Assembly (NCBI GenBank): GCA_963675295.2 | Contig: CAXXKJ010000002.1 | Location: forward strand, 672,001-736,000 | Direction: 5' to 3' | DNA: 64,000 nt | From: a bacterium | Lineage (GTDB): Bacteria > Electryoneota > Electryoneia > Electryoneales > Electryoneaceae | In this document: piece by piece, positions 30,752 to 40,589 of the stretch | Numbering within the stretch: the first letter of the stretch is position 1 | Layout of the letters: each line of letters starts with the position of its first letter | Notes under the pieces: model-generated | Seen by the model: the letters and a program-made list of their open reading frames with translations, nothing else | Databases searched by the model: none | What the model was told of the DNA's origin: nothing | Translations under genes and position numbers: made by a program

Positions 30752-31702
30752 ATGTCGCAGGGACGAGGACTGTATGGCATACTTGCCGTACTGATGAGTG
30801 GGTTGCTGTTGCTGCTGGCCGTTGGCTGCAACGAGAGTACTGACTTCGATCCGGAATCGTTGTTCAGTCTCGAAGATTACGCACAGGACCAGGACTACTC
30901 GCTGAATTTCATCAGAATGATGAATTCGTGGCGTTTGTCGACACAGGACGCGAAGCAGTTTCTCGACACCAACGTGGAGGGATTGACCTTCCTGGAGTCG
31001 GTGCCGGCGGGTTGGGAGCAGGTGAATCCGTCGCTTCGCAGCTATCCGTGGTCGGCGCTGTTCATCGTGGATCCCAATGATCCGACGAACTACCTGGAAG
31101 CGTCGGATGATGACCAGTGGCTCGATTCCACGTGGTATTACTCGTCGTTCCAGGATGCGACGTACCAGTTGGCTGCGATTGACCGTGGTGTGCCGGAGAC
31201 AACTTCCCTCGCACCCGCCAAGGTTGAATACATGCGGCTTTCTTTCCTGGCCAGCCCGTTTGGTGGCACGTTCGGCATCGGCGACTCGGTGAGCGTTGGC
31301 TACACCAATAATTTCCAGAATCCAAGCATGGTCGAGGGTACGGGCATGTTCTGGAATTCGGACGTGGTGCAGGCCTCGACGGCTCCGACAGACATCGCGT
31401 CGTACGCGGCGATGACGAACGCGTGGGGCGGTGCGATGACCAACATGGCGGCCGATCCCTCCAACCCGCAGGGTGAGTTCGAGATTCGCGGCCAAACGAT
31501 CCTGGTGCGTGCCGACCTGGTTGAGACGACGACGCTGGCGGTGAATATTGACGCATCAATCCGTTCAAACGGCAAAGGCGACGCGGTTATCACGGTTGCT
31601 GGCGAGAAGCGCGCCGAAGTGTTCTTCGAGTACTATGACACGTCGTTCCACGGCTACTACAAGCTGCGTTCGTCGGACTTCGAGGAAGCCATCCGCTTCT
31701 AA
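30752..31702 (+). CDS. Hypothetical lipoprotein
   Basis: ATG after GAGGGG; hydrophobic stretch ending in lipobox LAVG-C. Confidence 0.75.
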   Translation: MSQGRGLYGILAVLMSGLLLLLAVGCNESTDFDPESLFSLEDYAQDQDYSLNFIRMMNSWRLSTQDAKQFLDTNVEGLTFLESVPAGWEQVNPSLRSYPWSALFIVDPNDPTNYLEASDDDQWLDSTWYYSSFQDATYQLAAIDRGVPETTSLAPAKVEYMRLSFLASPFGGTFGIGDSVSVGYTNNFQNPSMVEGTGMFWNSDVVQASTAPTDIASYAAMTNAWGGAMTNMAADPSNPQGEFEIRGQTILVRADLVETTTLAVNIDASIRSNGKGDAVITVAGEKRAEVFFEYYDTSFHGYYKLRSSDFEEAIRF

Positions 31703-31733
31703 GCAAGTGAGTGTCCAGACAGACTTTTTCAAG

Positions 31734-31760
31734 GCCGGGCTGCTGCAGCCCGGCTTTTTT
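31734..31760 (+). terminator. Intrinsic terminator
   Basis: GCCGGGCTG-CTG-CAGCCCGGC followed by TTTTTT. Confidence 0.85.
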
Positions 31761-31943
31761 CATGTCCATTGCCGCAGATTTTGGAGGCAACGAGAGTCGG
31801 ATTGGCATGAATCTCCGGAACGATATTGATTTAGTTTAAATAATGATTATATTGCTATCGAATTTTGGGGATCGGTTTGTCTGCGCGGAGGCTGCACAAA
31901 CCGGGAGCGCAGTCAGGACAACAACCGAGTGGGAGAAGCACGA

Positions 31944-32459
31944 ATGACGGACACTCAGGCACAGACCGGCGTCCTTGCTGAAGGTGCGGACGATACGCTG
32001 GAGAACCGGTATCTTACGTTCACCCTGGGCGATGAGCAGTATGGTGTAGAGATCCGGTATGTCACGGAAATTGTCGGGATTCAGCCGATTACGGAGCTGC
32101 CGGACACCCCGCCTTACCTGAGCGGCGTGATCAATCTGCGTGGCAAGGTGATTCCGGTTATCGAAGTTCGTGCCCGTTTCGGGTTGCCGACGCGTGAATA
32201 TGATGATCGTACCTGCATCATCGTGGTTAACATCCGATCCACTTCGGTGGGGCTGATCGTCGACCGTGTCGCGGAAGTGATCGAGATTCCGCAGGATCAC
32301 GTGGAAGATCCGCCGAATGTTGAGATGGGTGTGGCGAACCACTTCATCTCAGGTCTTGGTCGGGTCGAGGATTCAGTGAAGATTCTGCTCGACCTCGACG
32401 TGCTGTTGTTCCAGGACAAGACGATGGCTGGCGCGATCGAAGCGGCGGCGGACGCGTAA
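31944..32459 (+). CDS. cheW: Chemotaxis coupling protein CheW
   Basis: 'YLTFTLGDEQYGVEI..V.EI', 'GVINLRGKVIPVI', 'VGLIVDRV.EV'. Confidence 0.95.
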   Translation: MTDTQAQTGVLAEGADDTLENRYLTFTLGDEQYGVEIRYVTEIVGIQPITELPDTPPYLSGVINLRGKVIPVIEVRARFGLPTREYDDRTCIIVVNIRSTSVGLIVDRVAEVIEIPQDHVEDPPNVEMGVANHFISGLGRVEDSVKILLDLDVLLFQDKTMAGAIEAAADA

Positions 32460-32537
32460 AACGGTTTAGACAAGCATAGCGCAGGAGAGCGGGTTTGTCG
32501 TGGGGACAGGGACCCGTACATCCCTGCCGGAGATACG

Positions 32538-32568
32538 AAAGGGGCTGGTGAAAACCGGGCCCCTTTTT
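32538..32568. terminator. Bidirectional terminator between cheW and miaA
   Basis: AAAGGGGC-TGGT-GAAA-ACCG-GGCCCCTTTTT. Confidence 0.75.
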
Positions 32569-32608
32569 ATACTCTGCGTTGGCGTGGCGAACTGGGCCGG
32601 ACTCAGCG

Positions 32609-33553
32609 TCAGAGAGACATCAGGATTGTGTCCGCGATCTGCTCGGCGTTGCGGTTGCCGGCCTGAACCCAGTGGATGCGTTCGTTGCGGCGGAACCAGG
32701 TGAGCTGGCGTTTCGCGTAGCGGCGGGTGTTCTGCTGGATCCGTTCGACCATCTCATCGATGGAGTCGATCTCGCCGTTCAGGTAGGCCATCCCCTCTTC
32801 GTAGCCGACGCTTTTCATCGAATAGGCGTCCCCGTAGCCACGATCAATCAGGTCCCGTACTTCGGCGAGCAGGCCGAGGTCGAGCATCATGCGGGCGCGG
32901 CGGTTGATGCGTTCGTAAAGGGCTTCGCGGTCGTGTTCGATCCCGAACCAACGCACCGGCCACGGCGCTTCGTCCCGGGATCGCTGATGCAACTCGCTGA
33001 AGCGGACGCCGGACGCTTTGACCACCTCGAGCGCACGCAGGATACGTTGCCGGTCGGCCGGCAGGGTCTTCGCTGCGTACTCGGGGTCGAGTTCGGTCAG
33101 CTCGGCGAGTAACGCGTCCAGACCGAACCGTTCCGCACGTTCCTCCAGTTCACACCGTACCTGTTCATCCTTGATGTCGTCCCCGGAGAAGAAACCATCG
33201 ATCAACGCCTGCAGATACAGCCCGCTGCCACCGGCGACGATGGCGGCTTTGCCACGTGCGCGGATCTCGTCGATCCACCCGCGTGCGGCGGTGGCGAATT
33301 GTCCGGCGGAGTAGACGACGTCCGGGTCCACGAGATCGAAGCCGTAGTGCGGGATGTTGTGGCGTTCAGCGAGGGACGGTGTCGCGGTGGCAATGTCCAT
33401 GAAGCGATAGATCTGGCGGCTGTCGGCGGAGACAACCTCGCCGTTCAGGGCGAGTGCCAGTTCGACCGCGACATCGGTTTTGCCGGAGGCGGTGGGTCCG
33501 ACGATGACGAAGACCGGGTTTGACGTGTTTGATGTCTGCTGGGCTGAGCTCAT
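32609..33553 (-). CDS. miaA: tRNA dimethylallyltransferase
   Basis: 'IVGPTASGKT', 'SADSRQIYR.MDI.TA', 'GGSGLY', 'TRRYAKRQLTWFR'. Confidence 0.97.
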   Translation of the reverse strand: MSSAQQTSNTSNPVFVIVGPTASGKTDVAVELALALNGEVVSADSRQIYRFMDIATATPSLAERHNIPHYGFDLVDPDVVYSAGQFATAARGWIDEIRARGKAAIVAGGSGLYLQALIDGFFSGDDIKDEQVRCELEERAERFGLDALLAELTELDPEYAAKTLPADRQRILRALEVVKASGVRFSELHQRSRDEAPWPVRWFGIEHDREALYERINRRARMMLDLGLLAEVRDLIDRGYGDAYSMKSVGYEEGMAYLNGEIDSIDEMVERIQQNTRRYAKRQLTWFRRNERIHWVQAGNRNAEQIADTILMSL

Positions 33554-33577
33554 GATGAGGAACGTACGAAATCGCGC

Positions 33578-34180
33578 TCACTCGTACACACGGATCAGCT
33601 CGCCGGTCATGGTGCCCTCGACCGCGCTGGCGTACGCGGCTCCAACCTTGTCCATCGCGACCGGTGTCTGTCCCGGGAAGAAATGGCCCAGTTTCGGCGC
33701 AGAAGCTTCGAGCAGGCCAGGGGCGACGACGTTCACGCGCAGATTGCGTCGAATCTCCAAGGTGACCGCCTTGACGAAGCTGTGAATCGCGCCATTAACC
33801 ATCGCGGCGCTGGTGGTCATCGGGACAGGATGCTCGCCGAGGATGCCGGTGGTCAGGGTGAACGATCCGCCTTCGTTGACGATGTCCTGCCCGACACGCA
33901 CCAGGTTGACCTGGCCCATCAGCTTGCTGTGGAAGCCGACGTAGAAGTCGTCTTCCTGCAAGTTATCGAACTGGTCCCATTTGACCGCTCCGGCGGCACA
34001 GACGACGGCGTCGAGGTTCGGCACGGCGTCATACATCGCGTGGATCGAGTCGATGTCGGCGATGTCGACCTGGACGTCGCCCTGGGTGCGTCCAGCGACA
34101 ATGACGTCATGTCTGCCGGCGAGGGCTTTTGTGGCGGTGCCGCCGACGGTTCCGTTGCCACCGATGATCAGGATGCGCAT
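33578..34180 (-). CDS. Short-chain dehydrogenase/reductase (atypical short form)
   Basis: 'ILIIGGNGTVG' Rossmann motif, 'SKLMGQVNLV', 'GGSFTLTTG', 'RVNVVAPG'. Confidence 0.88.
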   Translation of the reverse strand: MRILIIGGNGTVGGTATKALAGRHDVIVAGRTQGDVQVDIADIDSIHAMYDAVPNLDAVVCAAGAVKWDQFDNLQEDDFYVGFHSKLMGQVNLVRVGQDIVNEGGSFTLTTGILGEHPVPMTTSAAMVNGAIHSFVKAVTLEIRRNLRVNVVAPGLLEASAPKLGHFFPGQTPVAMDKVGAAYASAVEGTMTGELIRVYE

Positions 34181-34314
34181 GGTGGTTTGCCTCGTTAAAC
34201 AGGAAGCTTCATGAAGGTATCCGGACAGGGCTGAGAGAACAAGCCCGCGTTGTTAAAGCCAACACGGGCAAGATTTTCTTCGATAATCTGCAAACTACAG
34301 CCCAGAGCCCGCCA

Positions 34315-35400
34315 TTACTGCATCGGGCGTCCGCAGTAGATGCCAAGGGATTCTGCAGTTCGCACCAGTTGCCCGTCCGGGTTGACGAACTTCTGCCGGC
34401 CGACAGCATCTTCAATGGGGACATCGACGATTTGGGTGCCGTTCAGTGCGACCATCCGTCCGAAGCCTTTTTCCGCGACCAGTTCGGCAGCACGTACACC
34501 GAAGCGGGTGCCGAGCATACGGTCGAGGGTGGTCGGGCTGCCGCCGCGCTGCAGGTGGCCGAGGGTGATCTGGCGAACATCCACGCTAAGGTGTTTGCGG
34601 ACCATTTCCGCGAACCACGATCCAGGTGTGTCGGTGGTACGGCGGCGATGCACTTCGTCGTCCGGGTGCGGCTTGTTCCGGGCTGCTTCGGCGACGACGG
34701 CGATGGAGAAGTTGCTGCCACGCGCGTAGCGGCGCTTGATGAACCGCAGGGCTTCGTCGAGGTCGTAGGCGATTTCCGGGATCAGGATCAGGTCTGCGCC
34801 GCCGGAAATTCCGGCTTCCAGCGCGATCCAGCCGGCGTCCCGGCCCATCACTTCGAGCACCATCGTGCGACGGTGCGATTCAGCGGTGGTATGCAGGCGG
34901 TCGATGGCCTCGGTCGCGACGGTCACGGCGGTGTTGAAACCGAAGGTGACGTCCGTGGCGAGCAGATCGTTATCGATCGTTTTCGGCACGCCGATGACCG
35001 GCATACCCTTTTCGAAGAACCGTTGTGAGATGTGCTGGGTGCCATCACCGCCGATGGCGATCAGCGCATCCAGCTCGAGCGACTCGAAGTTTTCCATGCA
35101 ACGGTCGGAGAGGTCGACGACTCGTTTCTCGCCATCTGGCGATTTTATTTCGTATTCAAACGGGTTGCCGCGGTTGGTCGTGCCGAGGATGGTTCCACCC
35201 TTGGGCAGGATACCGCGGACGGCGTCCCGGTTCAGCTTCGTGATCCGGCGAGTGTTGATCAGGCCTTCGAACCCGTCTTCAATGCCGATGAATTCCATGT
35301 TGAAGCGGCTCATGCCGGTTTTCACCACGGCGCGGATAACGGCATTCAGACCGGGCGCGTCGCCGCCGCCAGTGGTGATTGCAACTCGGAGATTGGACAT
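34315..35400 (-). CDS. pfkA: 6-phosphofructokinase (group III type, probably ATP-dependent)
   Basis: 'TGGGDAPGLNAVIRAVV', 'IGGDGT', 'PKTIDND', 'EVMGRDAGW', 'LGHLQRGG'. Confidence 0.95.
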   Translation of the reverse strand: MSNLRVAITTGGGDAPGLNAVIRAVVKTGMSRFNMEFIGIEDGFEGLINTRRITKLNRDAVRGILPKGGTILGTTNRGNPFEYEIKSPDGEKRVVDLSDRCMENFESLELDALIAIGGDGTQHISQRFFEKGMPVIGVPKTIDNDLLATDVTFGFNTAVTVATEAIDRLHTTAESHRRTMVLEVMGRDAGWIALEAGISGGADLILIPEIAYDLDEALRFIKRRYARGSNFSIAVVAEAARNKPHPDDEVHRRRTTDTPGSWFAEMVRKHLSVDVRQITLGHLQRGGSPTTLDRMLGTRFGVRAAELVAEKGFGRMVALNGTQIVDVPIEDAVGRQKFVNPDGQLVRTAESLGIYCGRPMQ

Positions 35401-35620
35401 GGTTGGATCCTGCGTTCGTCTATCTGAAGAAAGAATTGCTGCCAAGAAATCGTGCGGCGGTAAAGTATCGAATGTGGAGGGCTTACGCGAGTCCAATCTC
35501 TACTTTGATGCCCCGGTGTGGATACGTTTCAGGCGAAGCAGATGGGATCGGAAATCTGCTTGAAACGTGCAAATTTCAGCACCATGTTGTTGTCTTCCCG
35601 GAAGCTGTCACGGTGAGCTT

Positions 35621-37366
35621 GTGAAACGAGCCATCCAGATTGCGATCCTGCTGTTGCTCCCGCTGGCGCTGGCGTCCGCGCAGGAGGAGAACCGTCTCCG
35701 GCTGCGCGAATTGACCGTCTCCGGCCTGTCCGGTCTCAGCATGGCGGAACAGCGGGATCTGACCGGCCTCGAGGAGGGATCGCAGTATACCGACACCGAA
35801 CTTGACGCCGCTCGGGACACGGTCATCGTCCGCCTCGCTTCGCTGAACGATTACCCTTTCGCCACGCTTGATTCGTTCATCCTCGACACCCTCGCCGGCA
35901 ACCGTGCCGTGAATCTTCAGGTATCAATCGACCCCGGCCCGGAGTTGTGGGTGCGGTCGGTGGAGTTGACTGGACCGTTGGCTGGGCAGGAAGAGCGGTT
36001 GCGGGGGGCGATTCGAACGGAGCCGGGCGCACGGCTCCGCAACGCTCAGTGGGAACGGGACATGCAGCGTGCGGTGGAGGTGCTGCGGGAACAGGGGTAT
36101 CCGTTCGCGAAGGTCGAAACCGGCAAGCTGCGACCGAATTTCATCGGGGACACGGTGTATGTGGATCTGGCGCTGAACGTCCTGCCCGGTACGAATGTGA
36201 GCATCGAACATGTCGAATTCGCCGGGCTCGAGCGCACGAAACCGAGGACAGCCCGGCGGGCGGCGTACCTGCGTGAGCAACCGTATCATCCGGCGGCGGT
36301 GGAGCGGGCACGCCGGCGCTTGCTGCGCACCGAGTGGTTTGCCGACGTCTCGCGCGGCGAGGTGTTCCGGGACCGGGAGGGCCGGTACGGCGTGCTGTTC
36401 GAGGTGCGGGAGCAGCCGACGAGCAGCGTCTCGGGTGCGTTGGGCTATGCGGCGGATGATGAAGGAGTGGCGGGCGCGTTGGATGCCACATTGGCGAACC
36501 TGTTCGGCGATGGCCGCGCGTTTGATCTGCACTGGCGGCGGGACAGCGAAGACTCGCGCGCATTTTCGGTGCAGTATCTCGAACCGTACCTGTTCGGGTT
36601 GCCGTTGGACGCGACGGTCCACCTGAGCCAGGAGGTGCGCGACTCGCAGTATGTCGCGGTGGAATTCGGGGGCGGATTGAGTGCACGGATCGCCGACGAG
36701 TGGACCGTGAGCGGCACACTGCGCCAGCGTGCGATCACCGCCGACAGCCTCGCGGAAAACGCAGATACGTCAGATTATTCTCTCGTTGGCGCGGGGCTGG
36801 CGTTGGCCTATGACACCCGAGACCGTCGCAGCAACCCACGGCGGGGCGCGTACGCGAAACTCGGCAGCGAACGGCTGTTCCTGGACGGGACACGGACGGA
36901 AGTTCTGACCGGCGGATCACGCCAGAAAGAACTGGCTGGAACCTATCGGAATACGGTCGATGTTGAACTGGCGGTTCCATTGCGCAACGAATGGGTTGGC
37001 TTCATGGCGCTGCACGGTGTTGATCTGGCAGTTGACCGGGATGAGACGCCGCCGTTCGCGGAGTGGCCGCAGCTGGGTGGCGCGGCGACGGTCCGTGGGT
37101 TCGCGGAACGCAGCCTGATCGCTCCGAGTGCGGGCTGGGGGACGATGGAACTGCGGTATTTGCTCGGGCCGCGCAGCCGGGCGTACGCATTGGGCGATGC
37201 CGTGGCGCTGGGGGCGGTTCACGACGCGACTCGCTGGGAATGGTCGTACGGCGCGGGCGTGATGGTCGACACCGGAATCGGGCTGCTGAATGTGGCGATT
37301 GCGGTGCCGGGCGGTGAGGGTTTCAGCGCAGCGGTGGTTCACGCGCAGGCGGTGGCACGGTTCTGA
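35621..37366 (+). CDS. Omp85 (BamA/TamA) family outer membrane protein with POTRA domains
   Basis: Signal peptide; POTRA 'QGYPFAKV'; 'LGGAATVRGF' lid motif; terminal Phe. Confidence 0.85.
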   Translation: MKRAIQIAILLLLPLALASAQEENRLRLRELTVSGLSGLSMAEQRDLTGLEEGSQYTDTELDAARDTVIVRLASLNDYPFATLDSFILDTLAGNRAVNLQVSIDPGPELWVRSVELTGPLAGQEERLRGAIRTEPGARLRNAQWERDMQRAVEVLREQGYPFAKVETGKLRPNFIGDTVYVDLALNVLPGTNVSIEHVEFAGLERTKPRTARRAAYLREQPYHPAAVERARRRLLRTEWFADVSRGEVFRDREGRYGVLFEVREQPTSSVSGALGYAADDEGVAGALDATLANLFGDGRAFDLHWRRDSEDSRAFSVQYLEPYLFGLPLDATVHLSQEVRDSQYVAVEFGGGLSARIADEWTVSGTLRQRAITADSLAENADTSDYSLVGAGLALAYDTRDRRSNPRRGAYAKLGSERLFLDGTRTEVLTGGSRQKELAGTYRNTVDVELAVPLRNEWVGFMALHGVDLAVDRDETPPFAEWPQLGGAATVRGFAERSLIAPSAGWGTMELRYLLGPRSRAYALGDAVALGAVHDATRWEWSYGAGVMVDTGIGLLNVAIAVPGGEGFSAAVVHAQAVARF

Positions 37367-37407
37367 CGGCGGGCGACCACGGACACTCTTTGCTACCGAC
37401 AACCAAC

Positions 37408-39669
37408 CTACCGCAGCCTCAACGAGTTCATCACGACGGTGATACTCGAGATGGCCATCGCACCGGCGGCCAGTGCGGGGTGAAGCTGCTGCAACGCCAG
37501 CGGCGCGGTGGGGATAATCGCCAGTACACCGGCCGCGACGGGGACCAGCGCGACGTTGTACGCGAAGGCCCAAAACAGGTTCTGGCGGATCACAGCGACG
37601 GTCTTGCGGGACAGCTTGATTGCGCGTGGGACGTTGCGGAGATCGTCCGACGGTAAACTGATCCCGGCGACTTCGATCGCGACATCCGCACCGCTGCCGA
37701 TGGCGATGCCGAGGTCGGCGCGTGCGAGCGCGGGCGCGTCGTTGATCCCGTCCCCGACCACCGCCACGCCGCCGCGAATCTTCTTCCGGTAGGCGAGCAC
37801 CGCCGCTTCCTTGTCTTCCGGGTGCTGTTCGGAATGCAGGTAATCGAGCCCGAGTTCCTGGCCGATGGATTCCACGATTGCTTTGTGGTCGCCGCTGAGC
37901 ATCGCGGTGCGCATGCCCATCTGGCGCAGCTGCTGGACGGTATCGTGGGCTTCGTCACGGGGTTTGTCGCGGAAACCGAGCACGCCGATGATGCCGTAAC
38001 GGTCGGCGACGATACTGACGGTTTCGCCGTTCTCGCGCATCTCAGAGATCGCGTTTTCCATCCCGCCAGGCAGGTCCTCGAAGGCTTCCGGCTTGCCGAC
38101 ACGGATCAGGCGGCCATTGTCCAGCATGGTGCGCACGCCGAACCCGGCCTCTTCCTCGAACATGGCGGAATCGTGGAAGATGATCCCCTTTTCCTTGCCT
38201 TTCCTGACGGCGGCGGACGCCAGCGGGTGGGACGAACTCTTCAGCGCTGACGCGGCCATCTCGAGCAGCTCACGGGTTTTCGTTTTACCGACAACATGCA
38301 GGGTGGACAGTTCCGGTTCGCCGACGGTCAGGGTGCCGGTCTTGTCGAATGCGACCAGCCGGATTTTCGCGCCGGCCTCGACCGCTTCGGCGTCCCGGTA
38401 GAGGATGCCTTTCTTCGCCCCGGCGCCCATGCCGGTGATGATCGCGGTCGGTGTGGCGAGTCCCATCGCGCACGGGCAGGCGATGACGAGCACCGCGACC
38501 ATGCGCACCAGCGCCGTCTCGATGCTGCCGGTGAACACCAGCCACACGATCAGGGTCAGCAGCGCGACGCCGACAATAACCGGCACGAACACAGCCGCAA
38601 CACGGTCGGCCAACCGTTGAATCGGCGCTTTCGATCCCTGCGCGGCTTTGACCCGTTTCACGATCCTGGCGATGGCCGAGTCGGAGCCCGGCTTCATCAC
38701 TTTGACGTTGATCGCGCCCTGCTGGTTGATCGTGCCGCCGTAAACTTCGTCCCCGGCCTCGGCGTCATACGGGGTCGATTCGCCGGTGAGCAGGGAAACG
38801 TCAATTGATGTGCTGCCGGAGTCGATGATGCCATCCACCGGGATCGTTTCGCCGGGCTTGACGCGGATCATGTCGCCGGGCCGGACAGCGTTCAGCGGCA
38901 TATCGTGGTACTCGCCCATCTCGTCGATCAGGTGCACGGTCGGCGGGACACGTTTCATCAGGTCCTGGATCGCGGTGCCGGCCTTTCCTTTCGCACGGAT
39001 CTCGAGCCATTTGCCGAGCTTGATCAGAGTGATGATCATCGCCGCGGCTTCGAAGTAGAGGTGGCCGTTTCCGGTCAGCATCACGATAAGGGAATAGACG
39101 TACGCGGTTGTTGAGCCCAACGCGACGAGGACGTCCATATTCGCGCTGCGGTTTCGCAACGAGTGCCACGCGCCCAGGTAGTAGCCCTTGCCGGTGTAGA
39201 ATTGCACCGGAGTCGCCAGCAGGAAGAGGAGGATGTTGTAGAGGAAATGGTCGCCGAGGACACTGGGGACCATCCCCCAGTCGCGTCCCATGCTGAGCAG
39301 GAACAGCGGGATGGTAAACGCGAGGCCGACGCTGAGCGCTTTTTTCTGCTTCGCGACTTCTTCACGCCGGGCGACGGCTTCGGCGTTGCCGGGATCATCA
39401 TCCGGGTCGGGCAGCACGAGCCGGTAACCAGCTTCATGGACGGCGTTCGCCAGCTTGTCCATCGGTGCGAGACGGGGGTCGTATTTCAGGTGGACCTGTT
39501 CGGAGGCGTAGTTGACGGTGGCGTCCTCGACGCCCTTGACCTTCTTCTTCAGCGCCCGTTCCACCGCCTTCGCGCAGTTCGCGCAATACATCCCGATCAC
39601 GGGAAGATCAATCTCTTCCGTGCGAGCCGGGCCATGCCGGTCAGCGCTCGAACCCCGTTCTTGATTCAT
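37408..39669 (-). CDS. copA: Copper-translocating P1B-type ATPase
   Basis: HMA 'GMYCANC', TGES, CPC, DKTGT, HP, GDGINDAP, TM 'YN' and 'MAISS'. Confidence 0.95.
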   Translation of the reverse strand: MNQERGSSADRHGPARTEEIDLPVIGMYCANCAKAVERALKKKVKGVEDATVNYASEQVHLKYDPRLAPMDKLANAVHEAGYRLVLPDPDDDPGNAEAVARREEVAKQKKALSVGLAFTIPLFLLSMGRDWGMVPSVLGDHFLYNILLFLLATPVQFYTGKGYYLGAWHSLRNRSANMDVLVALGSTTAYVYSLIVMLTGNGHLYFEAAAMIITLIKLGKWLEIRAKGKAGTAIQDLMKRVPPTVHLIDEMGEYHDMPLNAVRPGDMIRVKPGETIPVDGIIDSGSTSIDVSLLTGESTPYDAEAGDEVYGGTINQQGAINVKVMKPGSDSAIARIVKRVKAAQGSKAPIQRLADRVAAVFVPVIVGVALLTLIVWLVFTGSIETALVRMVAVLVIACPCAMGLATPTAIITGMGAGAKKGILYRDAEAVEAGAKIRLVAFDKTGTLTVGEPELSTLHVVGKTKTRELLEMAASALKSSSHPLASAAVRKGKEKGIIFHDSAMFEEEAGFGVRTMLDNGRLIRVGKPEAFEDLPGGMENAISEMRENGETVSIVADRYGIIGVLGFRDKPRDEAHDTVQQLRQMGMRTAMLSGDHKAIVESIGQELGLDYLHSEQHPEDKEAAVLAYRKKIRGGVAVVGDGINDAPALARADLGIAIGSGADVAIEVAGISLPSDDLRNVPRAIKLSRKTVAVIRQNLFWAFAYNVALVPVAAGVLAIIPTAPLALQQLHPALAAGAMAISSITVVMNSLRLR

Positions 39670-39698
39670 CGTGTGCCTGTATGTCTCCGTAGCCGGTG

Positions 39699-39926
39699 TT
39701 ATTCTGTCGGCAGAATCAGTTTGTAACCACTTTCCTCCAGCAACCGTCCCGCAGTGGAGAGGTTCATGACGGCGTCATCATAGCTGAGGTCGACAGATGC
39801 GGTGTCGAGGTTGACGACAGCCTGCGTTACTCCGTCCACATCTTCTTCGAGGATGGAGCGGACGAGGTTCGCGCAACCCTTGCAATGCATGCCTTCGACA
39901 GTGAAAGTTCGTTTTATTTCTGACAT
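39699..39926 (-). CDS. copZ: Heavy-metal-associated chaperone (CopZ-like)
   Basis: 'VEGMHCKGC' HMA motif, 75 aa, directly upstream of copA. Confidence 0.88.
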   Translation of the reverse strand: MSEIKRTFTVEGMHCKGCANLVRSILEEDVDGVTQAVVNLDTASVDLSYDDAVMNLSTAGRLLEESGYKLILPTE

Positions 39927-40125
39927 GGTATCTCCAGTTCCGGGAGGCGGGTAAAAGCCCGCCGTCCATGTTGCCCGATCCATGTGCCGGTCTATTTTAC
40001 GGCAGCAAATTCGTGGAAACAGGCTTTGTTCTGGTACAGGTACGGCTGTCTGAGCCGAATGTTTCCAACGTGTTTGCATGGAACGTAACCACGCCCCGTC
40101 TCAAAAACCAGACCCGGGAAGAACC

Positions 40126-40587
40126 ATGGCGAAGAGGTTGGACACCGAGATCCTGATCGACGCCCCGGCGGAACGGGTGTGGTCGGTGCTGATGGATTTT
40201 GTGGCGTATCCGGAGTGGAACCCGTTTATCCAGCAGGTCCGGGGCGAGGCGAAGGTGGGGGCGACGTTGACCGTCACCATGGAGCCGCCGAAGAAGAACA
40301 AAATGACCTTCCAGCCGAAAGTGCTGGCGGTGAAGGAGAATACTGAGTTCCGCTGGCTCGGCCACACCGGCTTTCCGGGGCTGTTCGACGGCGAGCATGT
40401 CTTCCAGCTCGAGAAACGCGACAACGGTACCTGCTTCATTCAGCGGGAGAAGTTTCGCGGGATTCTCGTTCCGCTGATCATGGCGATGATCGGGAACGCC
40501 ACCCGCAACGGCTTCGAACAGATGAACCAGGCGTTGAAGGAGCGGGTGGAACAGCTTGACGTCTCGTCAGACAACGGTCAGGCCTGA
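40126..40587 (+). CDS. SRPBCC (polyketide cyclase-like) domain protein
   Basis: 'IDAPAERVWSVLMDF..YPEWNPF', 'GLFDGEH.F', 'MNQALKERVE'. Confidence 0.88.
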   Translation: MAKRLDTEILIDAPAERVWSVLMDFVAYPEWNPFIQQVRGEAKVGATLTVTMEPPKKNKMTFQPKVLAVKENTEFRWLGHTGFPGLFDGEHVFQLEKRDNGTCFIQREKFRGILVPLIMAMIGNATRNGFEQMNQALKERVEQLDVSSDNGQA

Positions 40588-40589
40588 TC

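Noticed and set aside
31837-31864. Sigma28-like promoter before cheW (TAAA-N16-ATCGAATT)
   Set aside because: The -10 match to GCCGATAA is poor and the region is AT-rich; similar weak hits upstream of MCP1 have wrong spacing
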